A DNA stretch of 64,000 nucleotides, taken from NCBI GenBank assembly GCA_963840855.1, contig CAWJBB010000065.1, positions 32,001-96,000 on the forward strand, written 5' to 3'. Shown piece after piece: positions 19,125-29,261 of the stretch (within the stretch, counting starts at the first letter, position 1; each line of letters starts with the position of its first letter). The notes below the pieces were generated by a model. That model ran no database searches. It saw only the letters and a list, made by a program, of their open reading frames with translations, and was not told the DNA's origin. Position numbers and translations under genes: made by a program. This DNA is from an uncultured delta proteobacterium. GTDB taxonomy: Bacteria; Desulfobacterota; Binatia; UBA9968.

Positions 19125-20591
19125 TCAGTCGTAGAGAAATTGACTGCCGGGCTTTCGCGGAACATAACGACCCACCGGGTCGCCGACCATTTCCATGCTA
19201 TTGCTTCGGTCCGACCACTCGGCGACGACGTTGCCGCGGACGATCGTCATCACTGGCCAGCCGGTGAACTCCCACCCTTCATAGATGGACCACCCGGAAG
19301 AGGTGTAGAGCATGTCCGGCTTCATGGTCGCTTTCTTGTTTAAGTCCACAACCACGATATCGCCATCGGAGCCTGTCCGAATGGTACCTTTTTTTGGGAA
19401 CAGGCCGAACACTTTGGCGTTGTTTTCACAGCAGCACTCCACCATTCGCTCCAAAGAAATCCGCCCCTGGTTGACTCCCAAGCTAAGCATCACTTGCAGG
19501 TACGCTTCCACGCGGGACGAGAAGCCGCTGACGCTCTTCCAGACATCGCCTTTGACTTCCATCTCACCGCGTGGAACTCCATGATTGACGTGGTCCGTGC
19601 CGACACAGTGAATTCGTCCCTCTCTCAGTCCCGTCCAGATTCTCTCGATGGTCTCTCTGCTGCGCAGCGGAACATTGAGCTTCCAGGCGTCCTTGGCGAG
19701 AGAGAGGTAGCAGGGAGCGGTTTGGGCGAAAATCGTTATCCCTTCTTTGCGCGCCTTTTCCACTTCGTCCATGGTTTCATCGCAAGTGCAGTGCTGGATG
19801 TAAAGCGGGCACTTCAGCAATCCGGCGAAATAGGCGAACTGCCGGACATGAGCCGCCTCCGCGAAATGTGGCGACCGGTCGTCCCAGGCGCCGATATCCA
19901 TGCGCCCCTGTTTTCTGAGTCGCTCCTCGAGGACTCGAACAATGCCCCAATTCTCGCAGTGCAGGCTGACGATGCACGGCGGCCCGAGCCTGGCCACGTG
20001 TTCCATGCCCCGGTACACGGTGCCGTCATCGAAGCCAAAAAATCCCATGCGCTTCTGCGACAGCCAGCCGGAATTTTCCGGGCGCATCATGTGGAGATAG
20101 TATTTGAACGAAGTGATGCCGAATTTCTCCGCGTATTCCGGAATCTCCTCGGCCTGGCTGTCGTTGGCGAGGATCGGGGTTAAAAAGAAATCTACCCGCG
20201 AGTGGGTCTCGCCGGCCTGTTTGAAGTTTGGGAACACGTCCTTGAAAGAGACGATGTCGTTGGGATTGTTCTCCAACTTGTGCTTCATCTGCATGTTGGG
20301 GCTGGTAAGCTGCATACCCCAGGTGGTAACTCCGGTGGAAGCGGCGGCCTTAGTTTCGCTGATGAGATCGTCGGTGATCGGCCGGTGGATTCCCAGATGG
20401 ACCTCCGGATCGATCAAACCCGGAAGAATATGTTTTCCGCCGACGTCGATCACTCGTTGCCCGTCGGGCAACGCGGAGTCTTTGCCGACGGCGACAAACT
20501 TGCCGTCTTTTATCGCCACCCCGCCTTCGATGATACCCTGTGAAGAAACTATCTTTCCGTTCTTGACGACCAAATCAGCGCGGTCCGCCAT
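19125..20591 (-). CDS. Cyclic amidohydrolase (dihydropyrimidinase/allantoinase/dihydroorotase family)
   Basis: ILPGLIDPEVHLG, GVTT, SFKYY (carbamate Lys), LHCEN, IQHCT, GTDH, KKGTIRTGSDGDIV, GWPVMTIVRG. Confidence 0.88.
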   Translation of the reverse strand: MADRADLVVKNGKIVSSQGIIEGGVAIKDGKFVAVGKDSALPDGQRVIDVGGKHILPGLIDPEVHLGIHRPITDDLISETKAAASTGVTTWGMQLTSPNMQMKHKLENNPNDIVSFKDVFPNFKQAGETHSRVDFFLTPILANDSQAEEIPEYAEKFGITSFKYYLHMMRPENSGWLSQKRMGFFGFDDGTVYRGMEHVARLGPPCIVSLHCENWGIVRVLEERLRKQGRMDIGAWDDRSPHFAEAAHVRQFAYFAGLLKCPLYIQHCTCDETMDEVEKARKEGITIFAQTAPCYLSLAKDAWKLNVPLRSRETIERIWTGLREGRIHCVGTDHVNHGVPRGEMEVKGDVWKSVSGFSSRVEAYLQVMLSLGVNQGRISLERMVECCCENNAKVFGLFPKKGTIRTGSDGDIVVVDLNKKATMKPDMLYTSSGWSIYEGWEFTGWPVMTIVRGNVVAEWSDRSNSMEMVGDPVGRYVPRKPGSQFLYD

Positions 20592-20623
20592 CTTACTTCC
20601 TCCGTCTCGTTGCGCCCGATCGT

Positions 20624-22111
20624 TTAAGCCCCTATCGGATACGTTGCGTATCCAAGCTTCCGGGCCTGGTACTTTCCTCTGGGCTTACCGACGATGCTGT
20701 GCTTCTGTTCTCTCTCATTCCACTCCGACGCAACCTCGCCCCGCAGTATTACCTGATACGGCCAACCCGTGACCTGCCAACCTTCGAAGATCGACCAGCC
20801 GGCGGAGGTTAACAGCATATCTTTATGGATCGTTTGCTTCTTTTTCAGGTCGACCAATACGATGTCAGCATCGGCGCCCACTCTGAGCACCCCCTTCTTG
20901 GGAAACAGCCCGAAGGCTTTCGCCGGATTCTCGCAGCAAAATTCCACGCACCGGGGCAGTGTGATTCGCCCCTTGTTGACGCCTTCGCTCAGCATGACCG
21001 GGAGCATCGCCTCGACGCGAGAGGAGAATCCGCTCACGGTCTTCCACACGTCACCCTTGACCTCCATCTCTTCCCTGGGAACGCCGTGGTTCACATGATC
21101 GGATCCCACGCAATCGACATCTCCATTGGCCACAGCCTTCCATAGCTGTTCCATCGTCTGCCGATCTCGCAGCGGGACGTTTATTTTATAGGCGTCATGG
21201 TCAAGCGACAGATAGACAAAGCCGGTCTCGCCGATGACTTTGACCCCTTCGTTGCGGGCGTGTTTGATCTCATCGATGCTTTCCTGGGTGGTGGTGTGCA
21301 CGATGTAGAGAGGGGAGTTGGTGACTTTAGCGAGATAGGCGTACTGGCGCACGTGGGTGGCTTCGACAAAGTGCGGGCACCGCTCATCCCAGGCAGCGTT
21401 ATCCTTGCGCCCTTGCTTGATCAAACGCGCCTGAAAAACCCGAATGAGCTCCCAGTTTTCCGGATGAATACAGGTGATGCAGGGAGGACCCAACCGTCCG
21501 ACATGCTCCATGCCGATGTAGACGGTCCCATCGTCGAAGCCGTAGATGCCGATCTTCTTCTGCGGCTCCCAATGTCCCAAGGTATCCTGCCCGCGCTTGA
21601 GATGAAGATAGTACTTGTAAGAAGTGGCGCCATATTTTTCCGCCAACAGTGGAATTTCTTCGACCTGGGCGTCGTTGGCGACGAGCGGGGTTAAAAAATA
21701 ATCCACCCTGGAGTGCGCGTTGCCCATGTCTTCGTATGCCGACATGACCTGACTGAAAGGGACGCTGTCCTCAACGTCTTTGACCGGTTTGAAGCTGCGG
21801 CTAATGGTTGGGCTGGTCAGCATCATTCCCCAGGTCGTGACTCCCCCGGCAATGGCGGCCTTCGTTTCAGAAATAAAATCGTCTTCCAAAGAACGGTGCA
21901 CGCCCAGGTGCGTTTCCGGATCCACGACACCCGGAAGAACATAGTTTCCCTTGGCGTCGATGGTTTTTTTCGCTGGGAAGCCGCTCAAATCGGTTGCGAT
22001 CGCCGCGATCTTCTCCCCTTTGATCCCGATACTCGAGGATATAATGTCCGGCGGGATAACCAGCTTGCCATTTGTGATTACTAAATCAAACTCCATAGGT
22101 GCATTGGCCAT
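20624..22111 (-). CDS. Cyclic amidohydrolase paralog (tandem)
   Basis: VLPGVVDPETHLG, SYKYY, IHPEN, IVHTT, GSDH, KKGVLRVGADADIV; long shared segments with 19125-20591. Confidence 0.88.
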   Translation of the reverse strand: MANAPMEFDLVITNGKLVIPPDIISSSIGIKGEKIAAIATDLSGFPAKKTIDAKGNYVLPGVVDPETHLGVHRSLEDDFISETKAAIAGGVTTWGMMLTSPTISRSFKPVKDVEDSVPFSQVMSAYEDMGNAHSRVDYFLTPLVANDAQVEEIPLLAEKYGATSYKYYLHLKRGQDTLGHWEPQKKIGIYGFDDGTVYIGMEHVGRLGPPCITCIHPENWELIRVFQARLIKQGRKDNAAWDERCPHFVEATHVRQYAYLAKVTNSPLYIVHTTTQESIDEIKHARNEGVKVIGETGFVYLSLDHDAYKINVPLRDRQTMEQLWKAVANGDVDCVGSDHVNHGVPREEMEVKGDVWKTVSGFSSRVEAMLPVMLSEGVNKGRITLPRCVEFCCENPAKAFGLFPKKGVLRVGADADIVLVDLKKKQTIHKDMLLTSAGWSIFEGWQVTGWPYQVILRGEVASEWNEREQKHSIVGKPRGKYQARKLGYATYPIGA

Positions 22112-22150
22112 AGATCTTCCTTTCTACAAAATCATAGTTGTAAACCAATG

Positions 22151-22287
22151 ATGAAGCTCCTCGGAGCAAAGCTCCGAGGTATCTTGCGAAATTCTCCGAA
22201 GCCCTTCCACCCTCCTTCGCCAAGGCTACGGAGGGTTCTCCTCACCTTCATCCTCGCAGCAAGCTGCGAGGTATTCGGCGAAGGAGA
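22151..22287 (-). mobile_element. Miniature IS200/IS605-type element, family A copy 3
   Basis: Near-identical to 8630-8767; preceded by TTTAT in element orientation; 39 bp upstream of the amidohydrolase start. Confidence 0.78.
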
Positions 22288-22447
22288 ATAAATTTCCGCT
22301 TTGTCTTACGGGAGGTATAACATGAAACTGTCATTGTCAATTTGAAAACGACTTTAACGTTTTGAACCCCGTTTGCTGTACCGTGGGCCATGTTGGCAGA
22401 AAAAGCGCGCTGTGATAGAGCAACAAAACAATGAAAAGTGCGGCGAT

Positions 22448-22599
22448 GATTGGACGCTGTGGAGGGGAGAGAGATGAAAGGCTGGCCGGTGATGACCATG
22501 CGCCGCGGCAAGACAATCGCGGAGTGGCCCGACGGGGGAAAGAGACCGGAAATCGTCTCCAAGCCGCTCGGACGCTACCAACCCCGTTCGCTGGGCTGA
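22448..22599 (+). pseudogene. C-terminal remnant of a third cyclic amidohydrolase paralog
   Basis: DWTLW(E, 1-nt deletion)GREMKGWPVMTMRRGKTIAEWPDGGKRPEIVSKPLGRYQPRSLG* aligns with WSIYEGWEFTGWPVMTIVRGNVVAEW...PVGRYVPRKPG of the neighbour. Confidence 0.78.
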
Positions 22600-22648
22600 G
22601 GCTGATTTTTAGCATCTATGCGCGGCGCGCGCAGGTCTAAGCTATTGA

Positions 22649-22745
22649 ACTGTAACAGCTACATAGTGTTTGCCGTTCATGGTTCGAGAGCCTCACCACG
22701 AACGGCTTGTGCCTTGACCGTTCACCCTGAGCGTGTCGAAGGGTT
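22649..22745. repeat. REP element ACTGTAACAGCTACATAG...CCGTTCATGGTTCGAGAGCCTCACCACGAACGG...CCTGAGCGTGTCGAAGGG
   Basis: About 75 bp nearly identical to 31911-31986. Confidence 0.75.
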
Positions 22746-22859
22746 CTTCGAACTTAGACGCGAATCAATTGTTACAGCTCACTCGACGCGGTCAAGCGAC
22801 CTTGTCAGGGCGGAGTAAAAATATTTCAAAAACCTGGGTTCGCACGCTCCGATCGTCTC

Positions 22860-24209
22860 ATGACTACTCTCCTTGAACACGCCACCATCGTCACGATGAA
22901 CGCGAAGAAAGAGGTTCTCCAAGACGGCCATGTGCTGATTCAGGATGGTCGGATTGCGAGTGTGGGGCTTGCGGAGTCTAGCAAAGCCAATCAAGTCATC
23001 GATTGCCAGGGTAAGATTATTATTCCTGGCCTCATAAGCGCCCACTCCCATCTTACAGGACTGCTTCAACGCGGGTTGTGGGATGAGAACAGTTTCGAAT
23101 CCTGGTCGGAAAAATCTACGGCAACGGAAAAGTCATTCGATGCTTCTCCAGAAGATATCTATAACCTCCATTGTGGCGCTTGTGTCGAGTTCATCAGGCA
23201 CGGCGCAACGACGGTTCTCAACATGTTTACCGTTCCCTCGCACGTCCCGCTGGAACTGATCGATGCTTCGTGTCGCGCGCTCCGGGATAGCGGCATCAGG
23301 GGCATTCTAGCGCTTTCGGTCAAAGATCAATCGCCGGACAATCCTGCCATTGGTCTTGATTCTATTCATGCCGACTCCTGGGGTGCGCGAGCCAAGGAAG
23401 CCGCCGCGTGCGTCAGCACCTTTGGCCCGAGAGTATCCTTCATGGTGGCACCTTCAGCGCCGCAACGCTGCAGCGACAACCTCCTGATACGATGTAAAGA
23501 GCTGGCGGAAGAGCTCGGCGTGGGTGTTCATACACACCTTGCCGAAACCAAATCTCACGCGCAGGTGGCAAGAAGTCTCTACGGACAGCCGATGGTAAAG
23601 CATCTGGAGAAAATCGGCTTTCTTGGGCCTCATCTTTCCGTGGCGCACTCGATCTGGTTGGATGAAGAAGAGATTGACACCTTGAGCCGCTATCGGGTTA
23701 ACGTCGTTCATAATCCATCGAGCAATATGAAGCTCGGCAGTGGAGCCGCCAGAATCAAAAAGATGCTCGACCGAGGTATCACCGTTGGCCTAGGAGCCGA
23801 CAGCGTGAATGCGGGCACCGTTTACTCAATCTTCGAGCAAATGAAACTGTCCGTGTTGCTGCCAAGGGCCGTTTGGCAACCCGAGGATTGGATTTCGCCC
23901 GACGAGGCGTTTGAAATGGGATGCCTCGGCGGAGCGAGGGCAATGCTTCTAGGCGATGAAATCGGGTCCATTGAACAGGGAAAGAAAGCCGATCTCGTGG
24001 TGCTGAAACTTTCGACCAGCCTTTTGCCGGCAAATAATCTGACAGCGCAGCTTGCACTGTGTGAGGGCGGTGAGTCTATTGAGACCGTCTTTGTCGACGG
24101 AGAGCCTATCTTGCTTAACGGTCGTTGCACGAAGATCGATGAAGGTGCCGTTCTTGAAGCGCTTTCATCTTTCACACCCAGAATCGCCGCAATTGTTCCT
24201 CAGACGTAA
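22860..24209 (+). CDS. Amidohydrolase, MTA/SAH deaminase-chlorohydrolase (TRZ/ATZ) family
   Basis: PGLISAHSH, GVHTHLAET, VAHSIWL, HNPSSNMKLGSG, GLGAD, IGSIEQGKKADLV. Confidence 0.9.
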   Translation: MTTLLEHATIVTMNAKKEVLQDGHVLIQDGRIASVGLAESSKANQVIDCQGKIIIPGLISAHSHLTGLLQRGLWDENSFESWSEKSTATEKSFDASPEDIYNLHCGACVEFIRHGATTVLNMFTVPSHVPLELIDASCRALRDSGIRGILALSVKDQSPDNPAIGLDSIHADSWGARAKEAAACVSTFGPRVSFMVAPSAPQRCSDNLLIRCKELAEELGVGVHTHLAETKSHAQVARSLYGQPMVKHLEKIGFLGPHLSVAHSIWLDEEEIDTLSRYRVNVVHNPSSNMKLGSGAARIKKMLDRGITVGLGADSVNAGTVYSIFEQMKLSVLLPRAVWQPEDWISPDEAFEMGCLGGARAMLLGDEIGSIEQGKKADLVVLKLSTSLLPANNLTAQLALCEGGESIETVFVDGEPILLNGRCTKIDEGAVLEALSSFTPRIAAIVPQT

Positions 24210-24227
24210 TCTCGTGAATAATCCGGG

Positions 24228-25703
24228 CTACGGCAGGAAACGTAAGGGTAATCCTTTTGCAGCAAAGGACTTTTTATATAGCTCACGAATCGTTCGGTGG
24301 GAACGGTCCGGCTTGTTTTTGATGCGGCCATAGAGGCGGTGCATTTTCTTGCTGATCGGTTCGACTCTTCGGATCAATGCCTCCTCGTCAACGCCGATGA
24401 GACGGCCGCCCTCCACTACCACCTTGCCGTCGACCAAAACGGTGTCAACCGACTGACCTCCTTCACAAAAGACCAGTTGGTGTACGATATCCCTTAGCGG
24501 ACGGAGTCGGAGACTGGGTTTTAATAGAACAAGGTCGGCACGGTAACCCGTCTTGATCCGCCCGATCTTACCACGCCAGGCGGGAACAGCCTGGGCGCCG
24601 TTAACGGTTCCCATTCTCAGGGCATCAAAGGCGGTGATCCAATTGTCCGGATCCCGCGCGACGATTCGGGATAGAAAAGCAGCCAATCTCATCTGCTCGA
24701 AGATGGAGTAACTGTCGCTCGTATCTCCGCCGTCGGTACCAAGAGCCACATTGACACCATGGGTTTTCAATTTGGCAACCGGGGCGATGCCGCTGCCCAG
24801 CTTGAGATTGCTGGCGGGGTTGTGAACGACGCTGGCGCCGGATGAAGCCAAAAGATCCATTTCTCTCTCGTCCAGCCAAACGCTATGCGCCCCTGAAACC
24901 CGAGAAGAAAGAAAGCCGATATCCGCGAGATGAGCGCACAAAGGCTTCTTATAAAACTTACGGGCCGCCCAGCATTGCAGTCGTGTCTCCAGAAGATGCG
25001 TGTGGATGCCCAAGTCAAATTGCTCGGCAACCCCGACGACTTCGCGGAGCAACCCGTCGCTGCAGTTCATTGGCGAGGAAGGTCCCAGCATGATACCCGA
25101 AATAGTGCGGGCGTGGCGCAGGCGCGCGAGAATGGTCAGCACTTCCTCTTTCCAGGGTTCACGCGGCGTTTTGTCAGCCGCGTTTCTGCGCTTCGGCGCT
25201 CGTGTCATCAAGCGAATAAGATCCTGATCGCGCAGCGAGGGAACAAGCATGCCTCGGAGACCGGTTTTTTCGAACGCGCCAAGAATAGCTGCCATTTTGT
25301 CTACGCTGAGTCCTGGCCGCGTCGAGAAATGATCCACCACCGCCGTCACTCCGTTCTTGAGCATTTCGGAACACGCTAGCTCGGCTGCCGTGCCAATCTC
25401 CTCGGGCGTCAAATGGGCTAGATCCTCTGTCATAGCTCTGTAACCGCGCCAGATTTCCATCCGCGCGTTATCGCGAAAGCTCTTTTGGAGAATCTCCGTC
25501 AGATGACAGTGAGCATTGATCAGGCCCGGCATTACGATCATTTCCGAGCAGTCGATTCGCTTTGTGATCGGCAGCCCATTTGTGTGAATCCTCGTTCCCA
25601 GGCGAGCGATGGTTCCCTCATGAATGAGCAGCTGCTGCGCTTCGAGAACCGGCTTGGCGGCGTTCAGTGTGACGACGGACGCGTTTTCCAACAGGATTGT
25701 CAT
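24228..25703 (-). CDS. Second TRZ/ATZ-family amidohydrolase, convergent with the first
   Basis: PGLINAHCH, GIHTHLLET, GAHSVWL, HNPASNLKLGSG, LGTDG. Start MTILLENA at 25703 mirrors MTTLLEHA of the paralog. Confidence 0.88.
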   Translation of the reverse strand: MTILLENASVVTLNAAKPVLEAQQLLIHEGTIARLGTRIHTNGLPITKRIDCSEMIVMPGLINAHCHLTEILQKSFRDNARMEIWRGYRAMTEDLAHLTPEEIGTAAELACSEMLKNGVTAVVDHFSTRPGLSVDKMAAILGAFEKTGLRGMLVPSLRDQDLIRLMTRAPKRRNAADKTPREPWKEEVLTILARLRHARTISGIMLGPSSPMNCSDGLLREVVGVAEQFDLGIHTHLLETRLQCWAARKFYKKPLCAHLADIGFLSSRVSGAHSVWLDEREMDLLASSGASVVHNPASNLKLGSGIAPVAKLKTHGVNVALGTDGGDTSDSYSIFEQMRLAAFLSRIVARDPDNWITAFDALRMGTVNGAQAVPAWRGKIGRIKTGYRADLVLLKPSLRLRPLRDIVHQLVFCEGGQSVDTVLVDGKVVVEGGRLIGVDEEALIRRVEPISKKMHRLYGRIKNKPDRSHRTIRELYKKSFAAKGLPLRFLP

Positions 25704-25964
25704 AAGGGAGGATTCACCACAGCGACTCAGCGCGGCAGGATCGCAACCGAAATTCGGAATATTTCCCGCAAAGACGCCAAGGCCGCAAAGGTCGGACGAC
25801 AACGGTGAAACTTTTCTGATAGACTATTCATCATTCCCCTCCGAACTTGGCGTACTTTGCGCCTTGGCGCGAGTAAATCTCCGTCTTCGAATTCAGGTCA
25901 GCGGAAAATTTGCTCCAACGGCGCAATCGTTCAACAGAGTTCGCAACGGTTCTGAGTCACCGAG

Positions 25965-26978
25965 CTAGCGCGCGTAAAGGGCGTCGATGAATCCGCTCTG
26001 ATCCAGCTCTCGGATAAAGCGCAGATCGACAAGATCTTCCGGTTTAACACCCCGCGCCTTGGGATCCTTCTCTCCCAAGGTCGTTAAGACGGTCTTGATC
26101 CCCTCCAGTGTTGGATACTGTTTGCGGGGAAGCTTATCTTCACTGATATAGCGCGTGTAACTCTTCTCCATACTCTCTTGGTCTCTCGTCCGCCCGAAAT
26201 ACTTGGCGGCGACCTTTAGTCCCATGTCGCGATCTGACTTGATCCGGTGGACGGCTTCGACATGAGATTTTATATACCTGCGCACAACGTCAGGATGTTG
26301 AAGGATGAACCTGCGGGACGTGGCGACGCCGGCATGCTGAAAGGCCAGGCCGAGAGCAGAGACATCGGCGATAAGATTGAGGCCGCTTTTCTGGGCAATA
26401 AACATGGTGGGCGGATTCAATACGGTTGCTTCCACCCGTCTTGCGGCGAGCGCGGCCAAGCGGTCGGTTGTCGTGCCGAGCTGGACGATGCCGACGTCCT
26501 TGTCGGGGACGAGACCGGTCCGTTGCAGCGCGAACCTGGCGATGAAATCGGAGACCGATCCAAAACGGCTGATGGCCACAGACCCTCCCCGTAGCTGCTC
26601 AGGGCCTTTGATGTCGGCGCGGCTCATCAACCAATAATCGAGCGTGACCGTTCCTCCGGCAATCAGCACAGGATCTGATCCGCCTATGTATGCATTCGCC
26701 ACCTCCGGGCCGGCATTTTGCGACATGGCGATATCTCCCGAGACCAGGGCCATGACCGCCGTCGTCCCGCCTGTAAAATAAACCAGCTGGACGTCAAGGC
26801 CATTTTTTGTAAAGAGGCCGGTTTCCTTTCCAACCCAGGCCGGCAGCTGATCAAAGCTGATTGCGCTGTAACCGACGATCAGCTTGGTCGGCTTTTCCGC
26901 GCATTGTACCGCTGGACTCCAAACGGTGCTGAAGAGAATCCCGGCGAGGATTATGGTTTTCAAAGCGCGGCGAGTCAT
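25965..26978 (-). CDS. ABC-type solute-binding protein, NMT1/SsuA-like
   Basis: Signal peptide, LPAWVGKETGLFTKNGLDV, AISRFGSVSD, ELDQSGFIDALY. Confidence 0.85.
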   Translation of the reverse strand: MTRRALKTIILAGILFSTVWSPAVQCAEKPTKLIVGYSAISFDQLPAWVGKETGLFTKNGLDVQLVYFTGGTTAVMALVSGDIAMSQNAGPEVANAYIGGSDPVLIAGGTVTLDYWLMSRADIKGPEQLRGGSVAISRFGSVSDFIARFALQRTGLVPDKDVGIVQLGTTTDRLAALAARRVEATVLNPPTMFIAQKSGLNLIADVSALGLAFQHAGVATSRRFILQHPDVVRRYIKSHVEAVHRIKSDRDMGLKVAAKYFGRTRDQESMEKSYTRYISEDKLPRKQYPTLEGIKTVLTTLGEKDPKARGVKPEDLVDLRFIRELDQSGFIDALYAR

Positions 26979-27068
26979 CTGGAGTTTTTCCCTTATTTCT
27001 GTAGTGCTTGGTTTTTCGTAACCGGCTTGCCTCGTTGTAGATCAGGCTTCCACTCCAAAGAATTTTAT

Positions 27069-27202
27069 TCTCCTTCGCCGAATACCTCGCAGCTTGCTGC
27101 GGGGATGAAGGCGAGGAGAACCCTCCGTAGCCTTGGCGAAGGAGGGTAGCGGCTTCGGGGAATTTTGCAGGATACCCCGCAGCTTGCTGCGGGGAGCTTC
27201 AT
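27069..27202 (+). mobile_element. Miniature IS200/IS605-type element, family A copy 4 (diverged)
   Basis: Follows TTTAT (27064-27068); right hairpin reads CCCCGCAGC-TT-GCTGCGGGG; ends AGCTTCAT. Confidence 0.75.
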
Positions 27203-27380
27203 TCTCGCGCCAAGCATGTCCTGAGCAACGTCGAAGGGACGCCAAGAACGCAAAGAAAATCCTCCTTATCCCACTCTGAACTTGGCGCCCTTTGCGCCTT
27301 TGCGCGAATCATAATCGGCGTTCGTGATATTTGTGACGGCTAATTTGGACAAGAGTGAAAACAGTTGAAACCAGGCCTCA

Positions 27381-28811
27381 TCAGGAAAGTACGTGCCGCC
27401 ATTTTTCGGCGACTTTCGCGCGCTCTTGCGGAGTCAACGCGTGGTCCTTCGAGAAGTCTTTGATCCAGCGAAATGGTCGGCAGGCGTCGATGACGGCGCG
27501 CGAGTTGGTGAAATCGCCCTGGCTTCTTCGCTCCGGAGGAATTCTCGGATCGATGGGGCTGCTCCAGCAGCCACGCATAATCTCGATGGACGTTTCCGGG
27601 TCGCACCTCGTAGCGATCGCCCACAAAACGTCGGCCATGTTGGACGGGTCGATGTCGTCGTCAACGACGATCACGAAGCGGCCCAGGTATCCGCCCTCAC
27701 GGGCGCCAAGAGCGACATGAGCCGCTTGCCGCGCGTGGCCGCCGTAACGTTGCCTGAGGGAGATGACTTGTAGAAATCTCATTCCGGATTCGAGCTGCCA
27801 GACACCCTTGACGTCGGTGACGCCGCACTTTTCCAGTTCGTTCCAGATTTCGGCGGAGCGAAAAAGCAGCGACAGATAGCTATCGAGAGGATAGATCTTC
27901 AGATCTCCAACCACGGTGATGATCGGATCGGTTCGATAATACACGCGCTTGACATGAATCACTGGCGCCGGGCGCGTTCCCGAAGCGTAGTAACCCGTCC
28001 ATTCGCCAAACGGGCCTTCGGGCCGCGATTCTACGTCAGGTGGCGGCATCTCGCCTTCCAGAACGATTTCCGCGTTCGCCGGAATCGGCAGCCCGGTGTG
28101 CTCGCCGGTGACGACTTCGAAGGGCTTTCCTGCGACATGACCGGCAAAATCATATTCCGAAACGCCCCAGGGTAGCCCCAGAGTTGCGGCCGCAAACAAT
28201 ACGGGCTCGATGCCGCAGACAACCGCTACGGGGCAGGCTTGCTTTTTCATCCAGTACTGCTCGGCGATCAACCGTGTTTGTTTGCCGGGAGATATATATA
28301 TGCTCACAAGTCCAGGCTCTTGGACCTGCACTCTTGCAGTGCCGAGGTTCACCCAACCTCCTTCCGGGTCTTTCGTGATGACGGCATCCTGCGTGCCGAT
28401 GTATCTTCCTCCATCATCCTTGTGGAGCTTGGGAGCGGGGAACATGCAGACGTCGATGTCTTTACCCTTTTGGATGTGTTCCGTGATCGGTCCCGAAGCG
28501 ACCAGCTTGGGTGGAACAGGCTTGTGATCCTCCGTCCGTTTTCGGATCGCGTCAACCAAAGCGGGGCCTCTGAGGGTATCGGTAACTCCCAATGCCTGCG
28601 CTGTGCGGTGTTGAGTTTGAAACATGTTGATCAACACCCGATAGCCGGGGGGATAGCCTTTAATCTTGTCGAACAGTAAAGCGGGAGGGGCGCTTCCTAA
28701 ACCCGACACTTCAGCCAGGGCGCCAATGTCAACATCCGCGTCCGCGCCTTCGACCACTTTCAGCTGGCCACTGGCTTGCCAATCGTCGATCAATCCTCGT
28801 AAGTCGCGCAT
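27381..28811 (-). CDS. UbiD-family (de)carboxylase, intact
   Basis: LLFDKIKGY, DGGRYIGT, NLGTARVQ, EIVLEG, PEGPFGEWTGYY, IVVDDDIDP, WAIATRCDP, IDACRP. Confidence 0.92.
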   Translation of the reverse strand: MRDLRGLIDDWQASGQLKVVEGADADVDIGALAEVSGLGSAPPALLFDKIKGYPPGYRVLINMFQTQHRTAQALGVTDTLRGPALVDAIRKRTEDHKPVPPKLVASGPITEHIQKGKDIDVCMFPAPKLHKDDGGRYIGTQDAVITKDPEGGWVNLGTARVQVQEPGLVSIYISPGKQTRLIAEQYWMKKQACPVAVVCGIEPVLFAAATLGLPWGVSEYDFAGHVAGKPFEVVTGEHTGLPIPANAEIVLEGEMPPPDVESRPEGPFGEWTGYYASGTRPAPVIHVKRVYYRTDPIITVVGDLKIYPLDSYLSLLFRSAEIWNELEKCGVTDVKGVWQLESGMRFLQVISLRQRYGGHARQAAHVALGAREGGYLGRFVIVVDDDIDPSNMADVLWAIATRCDPETSIEIMRGCWSSPIDPRIPPERRSQGDFTNSRAVIDACRPFRWIKDFSKDHALTPQERAKVAEKWRHVLS

Positions 28812-28850
28812 GCGTTTGCTCCTTTTGGTTCTGACGCAGAAAAAATCACC

Positions 28851-29192
28851 TTAGGCGTTGGAACGCTCGTCATCAATGGCACTCAGAAAAAGTTTTCCGT
28901 CTTCTTCGGTGACAGCGTACCGCTCGATGCTGTAGCCCGGGCAGTTCAATCCTTCTCCGGTTTCGAGATCAAAAGTAAAGGCGTGCTGGCCGCAGCGGAT
29001 CATCTTGTCCCAAACATTGCCTTTTTCCAACGGCGCGCCCTCGTGCGGGCACCTTCTTTGAATCGCGTAGAGAATCCCCGAGCAGCGCAGAACCAGCACA
29101 TCTTTCCCGTCGGGCAGCCTGGCAGTAAAATAACCTTCCTCTTCCAGGGCGGAAAGCTCTCCGGCAAAAAAACTTTTCATGGCTCTGCTCAT
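28851..29192 (-). CDS. Rieske 2Fe-2S ferredoxin
   Basis: CPHEGAPL...CGQHAFTFDLETG (CxH...CxxH). Start may be 29180. Confidence 0.88.
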   Translation of the reverse strand: MSRAMKSFFAGELSALEEEGYFTARLPDGKDVLVLRCSGILYAIQRRCPHEGAPLEKGNVWDKMIRCGQHAFTFDLETGEGLNCPGYSIERYAVTEEDGKLFLSAIDDERSNA

Positions 29193-29261
29193 CGGTAGTC
29201 TTGGCTCATTGGACGGTTCCTGATCTCCTAATGGATGCCAGTCCGACTGTCAAGTTCGCGT

